DNA of 64,000 nucleotides from Paraspadella gotoi. Its lineage: Eukaryota > Animalia > Chaetognatha. Below are positions 26,050-47,075 of the stretch, piece after piece. The position numbers and the translations under genes are program-made. The stretch spans positions 4,801,815 to 4,865,814 of the forward strand of contig CM119265.1 in assembly GCA_051294375.1 (NCBI GenBank), given 5' to 3'. The stretch's first letter is position 1; the number at the start of each line of letters is the position of its first letter. The notes under the pieces were generated by a model. The model made no database searches. It was not told the DNA's origin and worked only from the letters and a program-made list of their open reading frames with translations.

Positions 26050-26974
26050 TCATTGTTCTCCGCCTAAAATTTGCGCAGGGACGTGTTAACATGAAGTCAA
26101 ACATGAATCACCGCATTTCTCTCTTTCTTTCTCTCATTTTTCTCTTTCTTTCTCTCTTTCTCTCTGCACTAATCAACCAACACTCCGTATTTAACTCTTT
26201 TTGTCTATCCACATTCTTTAGCTGTTTTGTTCAATTTAGTTTTTTGCGTCGAGACGACGAACAATTTGACATTTAAAAATATTTTCTGTCGGACGGTGCA
26301 TTCTTGCATTGCGAGAGAAGAGAGAGAGAGACGATATGAGAGAGAGGAGAGATGATGAGAGGACGAGAGGAAGAGAGAGAACGAGAGATGAGAGAGAGGA
26401 GATGAGGGACGAGAGAGAGAGAGAGCGAAGTGATGCGGTTTATTATCTAAGAAAGAAATCAAATCGTATATATCGGTGGGTATGGAAATTCTTTTTGATC
26501 CCGGGTGATGGTAGCCAGTTGAGAATTTTTCATTGAGATCCGCGATGCGATTGTGAATCATTATCGTCATCATCTCCCCGAGGGATTCGCTTCATCATCT
26601 TCATCATCATCGTCATCATCATCTTTTTTCTTTTCAAAGAAATCGATATGATTTCCCCAGTAGCGCGGGGTACAGAGAGAACACACAGATACGCATCTCT
26701 TAGTAAAAACAGGCTTCTCGCAGCGTGAGGATGTGTGTACACTAGTTCTTTTTGGTCGGGGGGAGGGAGATTTTTCTTGTTGTTGTCGTCGTTTCCAGCC
26801 TGAGAAAAAAAGATGTTAGCTTGGCTTGACTCGACCCATTAACCATTAACCATTAAACGTTAACCATTTCGCTGGACGGTTTTTTTCCTTTTATCGACGA
26901 AAAACGAAATAAACAATTTTAAAATAAAGAAGGGATTTTTTTAGGTCGATTGACTCGAATTACTGGAACTTCGA

Positions 26975-27038
<64 letters not shown>

Positions 27039-27584
27039 AATTTTCTCTCTCCCTTAATTTCGCACGCTCGCCCTTAATTTTTTCAATCTTTTCTGTTTTT
27101 TCTTCCTTGAATTAGATTATTTTCTTTTTCCTTCCCACTTTTTTTTTTATACCAGCTCAGCTTTTCTGCTCTCTTTCTCTCTCTCTCTCCCCCTTTTTTT
27201 GAACCACCGACTCGTTAGCATATTAAATATTTTTTGTTTACTTTTTGCTACGGTTTTTGTTTTTATTTCTTTTTTTTTTTTTTTTTGTCCGTTGGGGTCG
27301 CTTCGCTTTTTAGTCAGCGTTTCGTGTCGCGAAGGAAAGAGTTTTGCGGGACGCGTCGTGGAGGCACAACTTTCCTCACACTTTGCGCTTTTAAAGTGAC
27401 ACATGACTGACCGACCCACTTCACCTACACCACTCACTCGCTCTCATCTCCACCCACCAATGACCGGGAACATTTTTCAGGCGAAAATCTCTCCTTGCGA
27501 TCAGCGTCGGCCGACGTAGACAATGACGAGCGGAAAATGTATAGAAGTTTTAATAAATATAAAAAAAGGAGAAAAACAGGTGCT

Positions 27585-27624
<40 letters not shown>

Positions 27625-27951
27625 TTTTAACTGTCAGTGTTATCTGTGTTGTCTTATAAGAACTTCTGATTTCCACTTGCCCTTATTATAATACTAAAAT
27701 TTGAACTCTCGCTTTGGTTCGAGTCTTTGATATCTTAAATTAACTTCCATTGCCCGAACGACTCTTTCTCCCAAGTCCTCAAGAGTCAAAAACAAAAAAA
27801 GGCCCCGGCCCTGCGGCCCAGTGGCCTTCTGCCAAAGGGGATCGTGGCCCTGAGGTGGTGACCTCAAATGAGTCTTAATTTCCCGACGAAGAAACAATAA
27901 TTCGCCTCAATTTATCCCTCGTCGAACGTTCAAAACTCAATGCCAAAGGCG

Positions 27952-27998
<47 letters not shown>

Positions 27999-29401
27999 AT
28001 TACTCGCGATGACGAAAGCGGGAAAGAAAAAGAAAACAAAGAAAGGGAAGGGAGAAAGAAGGCTGTGAAAACGATCAGGGACTTTTTCTCTGGCGTCTTA
28101 ATTTATCCAACTCAGACTGTCAAAGTCGTTAAGACAAAAAAAAAAGACGCTTAGACGGAGATTCGATCCCTGGACATTTTCGCTTTTTAACGATTTGGAT
28201 TCTCGAATCTCGACCAACTTTTAAAAATGATCTTTCGAAATTTTTTTCTGAGGCCCACTTTTGAGAAATGGAAAGTCTGCACAAAGTGCAACGTCCCTCC
28301 TCACCCTCTCATTTCTGATTCCGACAAACGTTTACGATCTTAGATTGCGATTGTTAAAAGAAAGCGAGAGAGAGAAAGACGGAGAGCGAGAGGAATTACG
28401 GAAAGGGAAAACAAAAAGCGAGAGAGAGAAAAATCATTCGCTTCGTTGGACCGAGACAAAGGCCCAGAAAATGTCGGGAGCCACAAATTTAAAAACGAAA
28501 CTTGTCTCCGTCGTCGTCGTCGTTGTCGTCGTCGTAGTCATTGTTGTTGTTATTCGTCTGTTGACTTCGTCCTAATTCTTTTTCCTTCGCTGCCGTTTTG
28601 TTGTTGTCGTTATTCTTTCTCCTTTCACCCTGAACCCGACAGCTTGGTCGTTTACCTGTCGCGACTCTCCAACGAAGCCCCTGACGTTGCCTACGGAGGG
28701 TTCGCCGACCGACGACGCCGCTCCTGCTGCTGCCGCCGCCGCCGCCGCCGCCGCCGCTTCCCCCCCCCTTTAAACCCCGTATACCTGTCGAGATTTTATG
28801 TCATCTCCGAACGAAGTTAGGATGGACCTCGACAAAGAGGCAACAACGACTCATCCTTAGACTTAGGGATGTTGTTGACGATTGGAGGTCTTCTGAAATC
28901 GATTTTTAGAAATTTTAACGCGATTCTTTCGTCGACGACAAGTTAAGGGTAACGTTTTTCAATTAAATTTAATTAGTGCCCTTTATCTGAGCGTTTTCTT
29001 TCTATTTTCCATCACGTCGCTTCTCTATCCTCGTAGATTTCGAGATATTCCCGCCAAACTCATTTCCTTCGGTCTCTTCGTTCCTTTCCTCGAATGACTC
29101 CGTTCTCCTTCCTCCTCTCTCTTCATCACTCACCCGACGCAGACAGAGGCGACAGTGTCTCTGTCTCTCTCTCGTTCGCCCGTCTCCAACTCTCGAGTCA
29201 ACGCCATCTGTCGTTCGTTTCCGGCGGGGAGAAAATGAGAGCGAGAGAGAGACGTAGTGGGTGATGATGATGACGATTGCGTAGATGAAAAAAAAAGCGT
29301 GAATATTAAAAAAAAAGAGAAAGATGATTATGAAAGGAAAAAAAATATATTCAGAAGGGAGAAAAAACTCAATGCATTGATAAAAGGGAACGAGATGTAT
29401 T

Positions 29402-29473
<72 letters not shown>

Positions 29474-30665
29474 ACGGTGAATCCAAAGCGCCTATTTTTT
29501 TTCCTCCAGAGTTGAAAGAGCTTTTTCGTTTAAGCGAAAGGAAAAGTTCTGAATCCAGGATTTTATGATAATGACGACGATGGAAAAAAAAAAGAAGAAG
29601 AGAAAAAAAAAACTCTCGCCATTGGGAGACGAGGATAGACATTAGGAGTTAAAGAGAAGGAATGAGACTAGGGAATAAAAAGAAAACATGGAATGAATAA
29701 AAGTGAATTTAAAGTTATCGAGGGAGTACGAAAAATAGAGAATCATCGAGAAGAAATTAAGGTACTAATTAGTTAGTATTAGTTGTCATATCGTTCTCAC
29801 TATGCGAATAACTTGTATGAAACTCGCTATGCTATTCGCGTGCCCACCGAAGGAAAGAAACCGAAAGTCGGAGAAAGGATTAGGGTAAGAAACGATTCGG
29901 GAATATTTCGACGTCCCGACCGTCCATCTTCCTTTACGTCCCGCCCTCTCGCGTCGCCCATTTGCGTCAAACGATAAGAGAACTGAAAATATACGCGTCT
30001 CAGCTGTTCACGCTCCTTTTCGCTCGTTGGAGATTTTTTTTTCCACGCGCATGCGCGGGAGAGAAAGAGGCGTCGTTCGACGAGACGAGTGAACAGGCGA
30101 CGTTCGGTTCCACTCGACGCCAAATTTCCGATTCCACTTCCGGTTTTCCGCTTCTCCGCCTTTTTTTTTATTCCAGATGGCGCCAGAGAAGCGACGTCCT
30201 CTTAGTTGAGGGATGTGTTGCCTTCGTCAATTTACGAATTCATTATTTTATTATTATTGTATTGATTAGAAAAGAGGCAGTGACTTATTTTTTAGTCAAG
30301 TTCTTAATTTGTATTTTTTCTTTGCCTCTCTTCCACTCTCCTCTCTTCCCATCTATTTCTTTTTCTTTTTTCCTCCCTTTTCCTGCTATTCCTTCTCTCC
30401 TTTTTCCTCTTACCTCTCTCCCACTCTTATCCTTTCCTCCCTCCCCTTTATATCTCCACCCTCTCTTCTTTCCCCCTCTCTCCCCCCTCCTTCATTCTTT
30501 TCCTCGTTTTGGTTCCGAACGCATTTGTCTTTTGTTTTTCTCTTTTTTTTTCGGGTCTCGAATCGAGTTTCGACGCTTAATGGAATTCATGAAACAAAAG
30601 ACGCTCGGTCGGGCGTCGACGCCTTGTTGCTTCACTCGCGTATTTCGCTTCCGGTTTCAGCCACG

Positions 30666-38467
<7,802 letters not shown>

Positions 38468-39165
38468 CCGTCTGACACTTAGAGAGAAAAGTATCGAGTT
38501 GCACGAGTGTGAGAGAATCAGGTACAGATGCAAACAGCAGCTGTCGATGCTTCTAAACTCACCNNNNNNNNNNNNNNNNNNNNNNNNNNNNNNNNNNNNN
38601 NNNNNNNNNNNNNNNNNNNNNNNNNNNNNNNNNNNNNNNNNNNNNNNNNNNNNNNNNNNNNNNNNNNNNNNNNNNNNNNNNNNNNNNNNNNNNNNNNNNN
38701 NNNNNNNNNNNNNNNNNNNNNNNNNNNNNNNNNNNNNNNNNNNNNNNNNNNNNNNNNNNNNNNNNNNNNNNNNNNNNNNNNNNNNNNNNNNNNNNNNNNN
38801 NNNNNNNNNNNNNNNNNNNNNNNNNNNNNNNNNNNNNNNNNNNNNNNNCCCCCCGACTTCTCACCCTGGGTCTAAATTGAGAGTCGAGGTGAGATTCGAT
38901 TTCGTTCGGAACCAAACGTGAAAGCCGACCGTGTCCCGTGGAATTTATAAATAACATGGCTTACATTCTGCTGTAAAATTTGAGTTAAATTTACAAAGGA
39001 AACCGAAAAAGTCAAGCGGCCTACCTTTACGACCGTTGTAAAAAAGGGCCGGTTATCAAATTTTATGACATTTTTTCTCTTTAATTTTAATGGAGTTTCT
39101 ACGTGATGAAAACGAAATTTTGGATCTTTACTACCGATAGATATCTATTTATTCTTAAGAAAGAG

Positions 39166-39203
<38 letters not shown>

Positions 39204-40863
39204 AAAAAACTAAATTAACAAAGATAGATCGTTCACTCAAAGAAGCAAAAAGTTACTGTTGCCCGAGCGAAAATGAGGTCGTAGATCAAAACAGTCTCCA
39301 TTAACGATCGATCATTTACGGAATGAGCGAATATATTTTTTCCGTTAATTCGAATCTCGTTATTTTGCTCAATTCAGAAATTTTTCGTTCGATCGATCAA
39401 AACCAGTTTTTCATTTTAGTGTCCCCTTTTGAAAACCGACTTGGCGCGCTTTAAGAGAGAGAGANNNNNNNNNNGAGAGTGTGATGAGATATAAATTTCA
39501 AGCATTTCCCGATATTCTCTTCTTCCAAAGCGATTGTCGTACAATGATTAATCTCTACGTATGTCAAAAATCTGGTCGGACACGCTGATCAGAGCGATCA
39601 GCTTGTTGTCTCGACGCATGACAGGTTCAATTACGTATTAAATAACCGAACCGTTCAGAACTGGCTCCCCACGATTCAAAATATCTATTATACAAATAAC
39701 GTGGTCAATTCCTTCTCCATCCCCTCACTCTCCCCGTTGCTCCAAAGTGGCTACATCTTATATTTCCTGGGATCTTTATTTGCTCTATTAATTCCCCTCC
39801 CTTTTATTCACGTCGTTTTTCCTCTCTTTTTTTTTTACTGTATTTACTTTTCATTTCGGCCCCGACATACTTTTTTTCGCATTAATCATTTCATAAATGT
39901 TCGCTATCTCGTTCAGATTATTTTTTTTTTCTTTTTCATCCAAAATTGGTTTTCTCGTTCGTTTTATCTCGAGTTCATATCATCTTTCTTTGAACAATTT
40001 CCATCCTTTCTTTTCGCGTATGTAATTTTTTTTTTTCATCTTTTCCTATTTTCATATCATTCCGTTACAGCTGCTCCGTGACAGTTGACAGGTCGGCTCA
40101 ACGTCTTCCATTTCATTTCACCCCCCCNNNNNNNNNNNNNNNNNNNNNNNNNNNNNNNNNNNNNNNNNNNNNNNNNNNNNNNNNNNNNNNNNNNNNNNNN
40201 NNNNNNNNNNNNNNNNNNNNNNNNNNNNNNNNNNNNNNNNNNNNNNNNNNNNNNNNNNNNNNNNNNNNNNNNNNNNNNNNNNNNNNNNNNNNNNNNNNNN
40301 NNNNNNNNNNNNNNNNNNNNNNNNNNNNNNNNNNNNNNNNNNNNNNNNNNNNNNNNNNNNNNNNNNNNNNNNNNNNNNNNNNNNNNNNNNNNNNNNNNNN
40401 NNNNNNNNNNNNNNNNNNNNNNNNNNNNNNNNNNNNNNNNNNNNNNNNNNNNNNNNNNNNNNNNNNNNNNNNNNNNNNNNNNNNNNNNNNNNNNNNNNNN
40501 NNNNNNNNNNNNNNNTGTTTTCATTTCTGCCACTAATTAAACGCGAGTGTTTTTTTTTTGAGATGGTAGCGAAGGACGACGGGTTTTAAACGGCCGATTA
40601 GGAAAGAGAAAATATATTCGGTCAATTGTTACAGAAATACATACATACAGAAACACAGAAATATATATATAAAATTATATATCGTTTTAAAAGTGAAGGA
40701 TCTTGAAAGCTGATTGTTGATTCTCGAAACGAGTGAAAAATTTGATTTCGCTCAGAGAGACGATTATTCCTCGTTTAACCTTTATTTCTTTTTCTAGTTT
40801 TAAAATTATTCTGTAAAACTTGATACAGAAACTTATCCATTTCCTTTTCTCCACTCTCTGCAG

Positions 40864-40969
40864 GTCAGTGCCGCGTTTCGCTCGGGATGCAGAGCGGCAA
40901 CATTCCCGATGACGCCATCGCCGCGTCGTCATCCTACGACTCGGCGTCGGTCGGGCCGCACAACGCCAG
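40864..40969 (+). CDS. Ddr: Internal coding exon: N-terminal part of a discoidin (F5/8 type C) domain, probable discoidin domain receptor tyrosine kinase (DDR family)
   Basis: Pyrimidine tract plus acceptor (tttccttttctccactctctgcag, AG at 40862-40863) and donor AG|GTCAGT (GT at 40970). The 106 nt divide as 2+34x3+2 (phase 1 to phase 2) and translate without stops as (G)QCRVSLGMQSGNIPDDAIAASSSYDSASVGPHNA(R). This fits the C-x3-LGM-x-SG-x-I-x-D-x2-I-x-ASS start of F5/8C domains, and from recall the SSSYD..SVGP.NAR tail resembles invertebrate DDRs. GC-rich third positions contrast with AT-rich flanks. The family call is from motif recall, not a search. Confidence 0.88.
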
Positions 40970-42959
40970 GTCAGTCAGTCAATCAGACAATCGTTTATCA
41001 CTTATATAACGTCTTTACCCAGCCAAGTGATTCCTTTTTTAACTAATATACTAAACTTAAACTTAAAACCGCTTGGCCGGGCAAGATATAACAGTAATTT
41101 TATTGGTATTTTTCCTGCTTCCGGTTTCTTTTATTCTTTTCATTCAAATGCGAAAATCGATTTGAAATCCGATTATTCAATATTAAAGAGGATTTCTAGG
41201 TCGCGCGACTCTTATTTTTATCACCCAAGAAAAATGACAATCGATTTTTTTTCCTTCTCTTTTATCTTTCCTTTTATGACCACCTGTTATCTTAGTTTTA
41301 GAACGAAATATATGTAATATAAATCGAAGCCAAATCTTATTTTCCCCGCTTGAAAGTAATTTTCTTTCGAGTTGCCCTCCCCCCNNNNNNNNNNNNNNNN
41401 NNNNNNNNNNNNNNNNNNNNNNNNNNNNNNNNNNNNNNNNNNNNNNNNNNNNNNNNNNNNNNNNNNNNNNNNNNNNNNNNNNNNNNNNNNNNNNNNNNNN
41501 NNNNNNNNNNNNNNNNNNNNNNNNNNNNNNNNNNNNNNNNNNNNNNNNNNNNNNNNNNNNNCCCGCCGCGTTTATCCCAGTTAATTATCTCTATCCAGTT
41601 TGTTAATTTCGTTGTCTTCTCTTCTCCTGGGGTTTTCTCGCTTCGTTCACATTTGTTTTTAACCTTTTTTCGACTGTAAAACAGGTTTAAGATTGATTTC
41701 ATATCAAAAATGTTTTTTTTTTTTAAATGTAAAACAATATAAAGTTTTAATGCTTCATATATTAGGAAAGATTCCAGCAGGATAGCGAATTAGTTAAAAA
41801 TCATAAACAGGCCCCGAGGTCGGACTTAACCGTAGACGTAGTTCATAATAAGGTTTAGTGTTCTCTCTAATTAGAAAATAGGATTTACTCGTCCCAATTT
41901 TCGAGAATGAGTTCTTGCCACATTACCCCTTTTGTCAAAATATAAATTTCTTTAACTCGAAGCGAACATCCTGAATTAACTATTGCCCCCAATTATATAT
42001 ATTTTTTTTTGAGGCTTGAATTATTGTTTTCGTTTCGAACATCGGTCGATCATTAATATTCTTTCCTCCTTTTTTTTGTCTTTTCGGTTGTCAATTTTAA
42101 ATTTGTTCTTCATTCCGAAAAAATGTTTCGCTATTTACGTCACTTTTTATAAAAAAAAAATTAACCAAAAAAAAAAACGGACTCTTCCCAATTTTTTTAG
42201 GTGTCGTTCGTTTTCTCGTTTCCCCTTTTAATCTAATTTACGCAATTCTTATCCATTTGCTCTTCAATTATATTTTTTTATCTTTTCTCATTTTTTTCGT
42301 TAGAAATTTTCCCCGTCGAAATGAAAAGGATTTTAACGAAGCAGGCGCCTGGCAAAAGGTGTCAATTGCCGGCATCGAATTACCGTCTTCTTCTTACGTA
42401 GTTTCTCTCTTTCTTTTTTGTTTTATTTTTTTATTTTCCTTTTTTATAATCGCCCCCAGAAATTTTTGGGGGTTAAAATCGTCTGGATCCGAATGGGTTG
42501 ATGGGGTGGGGGGGGGTTGTCTCACGGGAGATGAGGTTTCCGCAGAGCGAGACCTTTTGGTTCAATATTAGAAATTTATTAAAATAAATAAAGGGAAAGA
42601 AATAATTCGTGTCGAAAACACAATTTTTGCAGTATGCAAATGAAACTTTCCTACCCTGTCGGAAACCTGCCGACCTTGAGTTAATTCGATTTTTAAAAAA
42701 GCTGACGACGAAGACAATGAAAATGATGATGATGATGGTGATGATGATGATAATCACCAGTGAAAGTAACGTTTACTTTTCAAATTAACTCCAGAAAGGC
42801 CATCTTGTCTCGACTAATTTGAAAATGCGTAAATATTACTTTTTATGGATACTTTTCGAAATATTTTTATTTTTTACGATCGTTTTTCTCGACGTTTCTC
42901 GAGGCTCACCGCCCCTTTTTAAAAAAAGAACATAGAGACATATATGGCTTTTTTTTCTT

Positions 42960-42993
<34 letters not shown>

Positions 42994-44554
42994 GTCTCAT
43001 CTCTCTCTCTCTCTCTCTCGTCTCTCTCAATAATCTCTTTTCCGACCTTCTCCTTCTGCCCTGGCCGATAACCCGAACGCGTTTCGTCTTTTCAAGCAAA
43101 TTTCTTATCGGCATAGTGGAGAAGAGAAAAGGGCGCCGTCGGCGCCGGCATCCTAAAAAGACGGCGAGAAGCGAACGCCGGTCTCCTCGGGGGCGGCGCT
43201 GTTTTCTTTAGTGATGGCGCCGCTTCCGTTTTCATGAGACGCCGCTAGAGACACAACCTTTTTTTGTGTCTGGTCTCGGTGAGCCCCGCCTTGATGCTTT
43301 TTTGTTGTCACCGTAAACCCCTTGATTCCAACCCTATCTCTTCACGCATTGTGATCCTCACTCCATCGAGTTCTTACTTCTCTCCTTACCTTCTCTTTTC
43401 TTTTTCCCTATTCACTCTTCCCCTCTCTTTTCTACTCTCTGCATTATCCAGTATCCACCCTTTTTCCTCGTCAAATTTTCTATCTCGGTCGGTAATTCCC
43501 TCGCGTCCCGACGCCTTTTCTATTTTTATTCCCGTCTTTCTCTTCTCTTACTTTTCTTCCCCTTCGACTCCCCTACCTGTCTTTCACCTTCCCCTTCCTC
43601 TCTCTCGTCTCGGTTCCTCTTCTTCTCCGCCCATTTTGCCTTTCTCTCCCTCCTCCTCTTCACTCTCTCTCTTTCCGCTTCGATGGAAAAATGAAATGAA
43701 ATTGGAAATTGGAAATAAACCGGTCGATTTGTGTGAAGTGAGATTTGTGAATTCAGGATTCAAAAAAAAAATTTTTCGATGGCGTGGGTGTCAAATTAAC
43801 ATCTTTCAGAATTAGTTATAAAATTGAGGGATTTTTAGTCTCAAGAAACGTGTGAGAATGGGGTCGTTGCCCGTTAAGTCCAGTGAGCAGAATCGTTCAC
43901 AAGTCGCCATTCACCTCGAGACCTTATCTCGGATTTGAATTTCGTTTTGGCGCGAATTTCGAAGGGAAACCGAGAGGCTCTCGACATCTGAGAGCGAAAT
44001 CTGAGCGACTTAGAGACGCGAAGTGAAAGTGGGGCAGTGTGGCGCGAAATGGAGACTCTCCGAGCGGAGGCGCGGGGGGGGGGGAAAGAGATTTTTGAAA
44101 AGTGGGTTGCTACTCTCGTCTGAAAATTATCCTGGCGCCAGTGGCTGAGGGTCACTGGAGGTTAACCGCTTCGTTCGACGTCGAATTAAATTTAAAATCC
44201 GGTACAAGGAAGGAAAAAAAAATTTGAATTCACGCGCCGTATAAATTCTTTCAATCTTTTTTTTTTTTATTTCTTTTCCCGTCTTCTTTAATACTTAGTC
44301 TACCTTGGCTTATTCTCTCCTTCTTGAACTCTTTGTAGCTATTTTTTTTTTTATTTCTCGATTTTTATATTTTCGTTTTAATTTTATTTTTTAGTCTTTT
44401 TTTTTTATTGCGACCTTTAATTTTATTTTCTCTTTTTCTTTCGGATTTTTATGACTTTTCTTCAGTTTTGATTAGAATCGAACGTTTGTTCTCTTGGGAG
44501 GCGGAAAGGAAGGAAGAGTTATTTTCAATCTGAACGATTTCTTTTCTTCGCTTC

Positions 44555-44626
44555 CGCCCTCCGCCTCCGTCGCCGCCGCCGCCGCCGCCGCCTCCGTCGC
44601 CGCCGCCGCCGCCGCCGCCGCCATTT
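44555..44626 (+). repeat. Interrupted (GCC)n repeat
   Basis: gcctccgtc followed by a (gcc)n run, twice, then attttcc. Confidence 0.9.
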
Positions 44627-44711
44627 TCCTCCCCAAGGTTTCGAGACGCCCCCGGTTTAATTCAGAAAAGAAAAAAAACAGTCTCATTTCGATTCATATT
44701 CCGATAGACAA

Positions 44712-44780
44712 TTTTAAATACATAATTTAAATACACAATTTAAATACATAATTTAAATACACAATTTTACATACATAATT
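44712..44780 (+). repeat. 13-bp AT-rich minisatellite, ~5 units
   Basis: Alternating tttaaatacataa / tttaaatacacaa units. Confidence 0.88.
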
Positions 44781-46178
44781 CTCATCCTTAATGATCCAAT
44801 CTTGCTTTTCCCAACTCTTTCTCAATGCTTACAACCAATATTTTAGTTCCACAGCAACTAACGACCCACAATTACTTTTTTTCACTCCCGATATCTTTCA
44901 CTCCCACTGCCTTATGTCCGCCGTCCCTGCCCCCTCCTGCCCCCCTGATCTCCCCACTTCATCCCGCACCCCTCCCCCTCCGATTCGCTCGTCTATCTCG
45001 ACTTCACTCCGATGGCTGATCATCAACTTCTTCTCTTTTAAAAAAAACCATTTTTCCTTACTTCTTCGATGTAAAAAAGCTCCTCTCCTCTCTCTCATCT
45101 CTCTTCTATCTCTCTCTCTCTCATCTCGTCTCTCTCTTCTCAATCTCTCATCTCTCTCTCTCGCTCTCTCTCTTCTCTCAAAATTATCCTTGCTTCTCTT
45201 TATTTTTAAATCCCTTACCCACTCCGTCTCAGCCTTCTCTTTTGGCGACTCTAAATATTTGTTATCGTTTATTTTTTAGTTTATCTTTTTATATTCATCC
45301 CTTTGCTCTACTCTCCATTTCCGCTATAGCCAGCTTTTTTTTTCTATGTACCTTTTTTCTTTAGTTTCTCTTTCCCCAATGTACTACACAGTATATAATA
45401 GCTCATGAACTGTTAAATTCCGAACGATTTCCTTTATTTGTTCTTATTCATTCTTTTTATACAAGTTAAGACTAAACTGGTTGTGTCCGCGACCGAAAAC
45501 CTTCGTCCTTTGGGGTCTTGTTTACTTCTGTTTTTGACTCCACACTTGAGCAGAAAGACGAGAGATGGAATCAGTAAAAAACAAAAAAAAATAAAATTTA
45601 ACTCTTCGATTCGGAAGACAAAAAAACATTTGAGCCCATCAATAAAACCCTGACGAATCTGAACTTCGAACGTTCAAAAATGACGCATCAAAAAATGCCT
45701 AGGAAGAGGCTCAAACCCCCTCAATGGCCATTTTCAGTAGCCACCCCATCGAAAGTACGCAGCATCATCTCATCTCTTCCTTCCCTCGTTTTTCCGTTTT
45801 AACCCGGAGAAAAAAAACAACCTGGTCGCCGCCTTGAATCCCATTGGCCGACGTCGCTGGCGGAATTCCAACTCGATTTCGGAGGGTGTTGGGTGGTTGC
45901 TCGTGCTTGGGGGCTGCTTGGTGGGCAGCTTGGTGGGCAGATTGGTCCGTTTTGTTACTTCCTGGTCGGGAAGTTGTGCCGAGCAGAATTGTGAACGATA
46001 ACAATGAAGCCTTCGAAAAGAACTCGATAATTATGGCTTATTTTGCTGATTAAAAGATAACTTTGACTCATCGCAAAACAGATTTATGTCAGTTCTCGAC
46101 TTATTTTTAAATCTACTGAAGTCCATAGTTTGTTTTGTTTGAAAGTCGTAAAAATCAAACTGATGTTAAAACTCACGA

Positions 46179-46200
46179 CCGGAAGTCACGTGACTTTCGG
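46179..46200. promoter_or_regulatory. Near-palindromic ETS + extended E-box (CLEAR/USF-type) motif
   Basis: CCGGAAGTCACGTGACTTTCGG: CCGGAAGT overlaps GTCACGTGAC (46185-46194). Motif match only; function is not shown. Confidence 0.3.
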
Positions 46201-46207
46201 AGAGGAA

Positions 46208-46243
<36 letters not shown>
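46208..46243 (+). repeat. (GAC)n trinucleotide repeat; other (GAC/TCG)n tracts at ~20833, 23872, 30940, 47042, 51630, 53880 and 63423
   Basis: Read directly from the sequence. Confidence 0.95.
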
Positions 46244-46705
46244 TATCGGTCGAGAGTTCTTTTGGCTTCGCAAGAGGGAGTTCGATCAAAAAGTCAAAAT
46301 AGGGAAAAAAAATGAGTAAAAACAAAAGACCGAGGTCGACCCGTAATAAAAAGCAATTGACATTCGCGACCTTGTAAATTCGGTTTAAAAAAAGCGAAAT
46401 AAAGACAGAAAGAGAAAAGGAGGAGGAAGAGGAAGAGGAAGACGGAGTTAAAGTTGAATGAATTTAGTCTATATAGTATAAAGAAAGGGAAATGATTTTT
46501 GTGTTAATCGGAAGACAAGAATACAGATGTCGACGGTCCTTGAGAATTTCTCGTGAGTATTACGCTCAGAGAAAGATCGAAAGGGAATGAAAGCGCTGAG
46601 AAAATTTGTCAGAGGCTCTTCTTTACTCTTTCACCTCTACTGCAGAAATTTAGTATTATTTAGTATTATTTAGTGTTTTTAATGCATGTAAGATATCGTT
46701 TTCCT

Positions 46706-46739
<34 letters not shown>

Positions 46740-47040
46740 NNNNNNNNNNNNNNNNNNNNNNNNNNNNNNNNNNNNNNNNNNNNNNNNNNNNNNNNNNNNN
46801 NNNNNNNNNNNNNNNNNNNNNNNNNNNNNNNNNNNNNNNNNNNNNNNNNNNNNNNNNNNNNNNNNNNNNNNNNNNNNNNNNNNNNNNNNNNNNNNNNNNN
46901 NNNNNNNNNNNNNNNNNNNNNNNNNNNNNNNNNNNNNNNNNNNNNNNNNNNNTTGTTCTCTCGTATGGTATCATAAATCTCAGGGTCTTTAATTCTATTT
47001 CACGACAGAAGCTCATTTAGTTTAAATGAACGAGTGAAAT

Positions 47041-47075
<35 letters not shown>

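Noticed and set aside
27579-27595. ggtgcttggtgtctc = GAWCL, resembling the DDR GAWCP motif
   Set aside because: It lies upstream of the first discoidin exon, lacks the Pro and runs directly into a (CT)n tract.
42341-42360. GAWQK on the + strand downstream of the exon
   Set aside because: No Cys-Pro, no following discoidin residues and no convincing acceptor.
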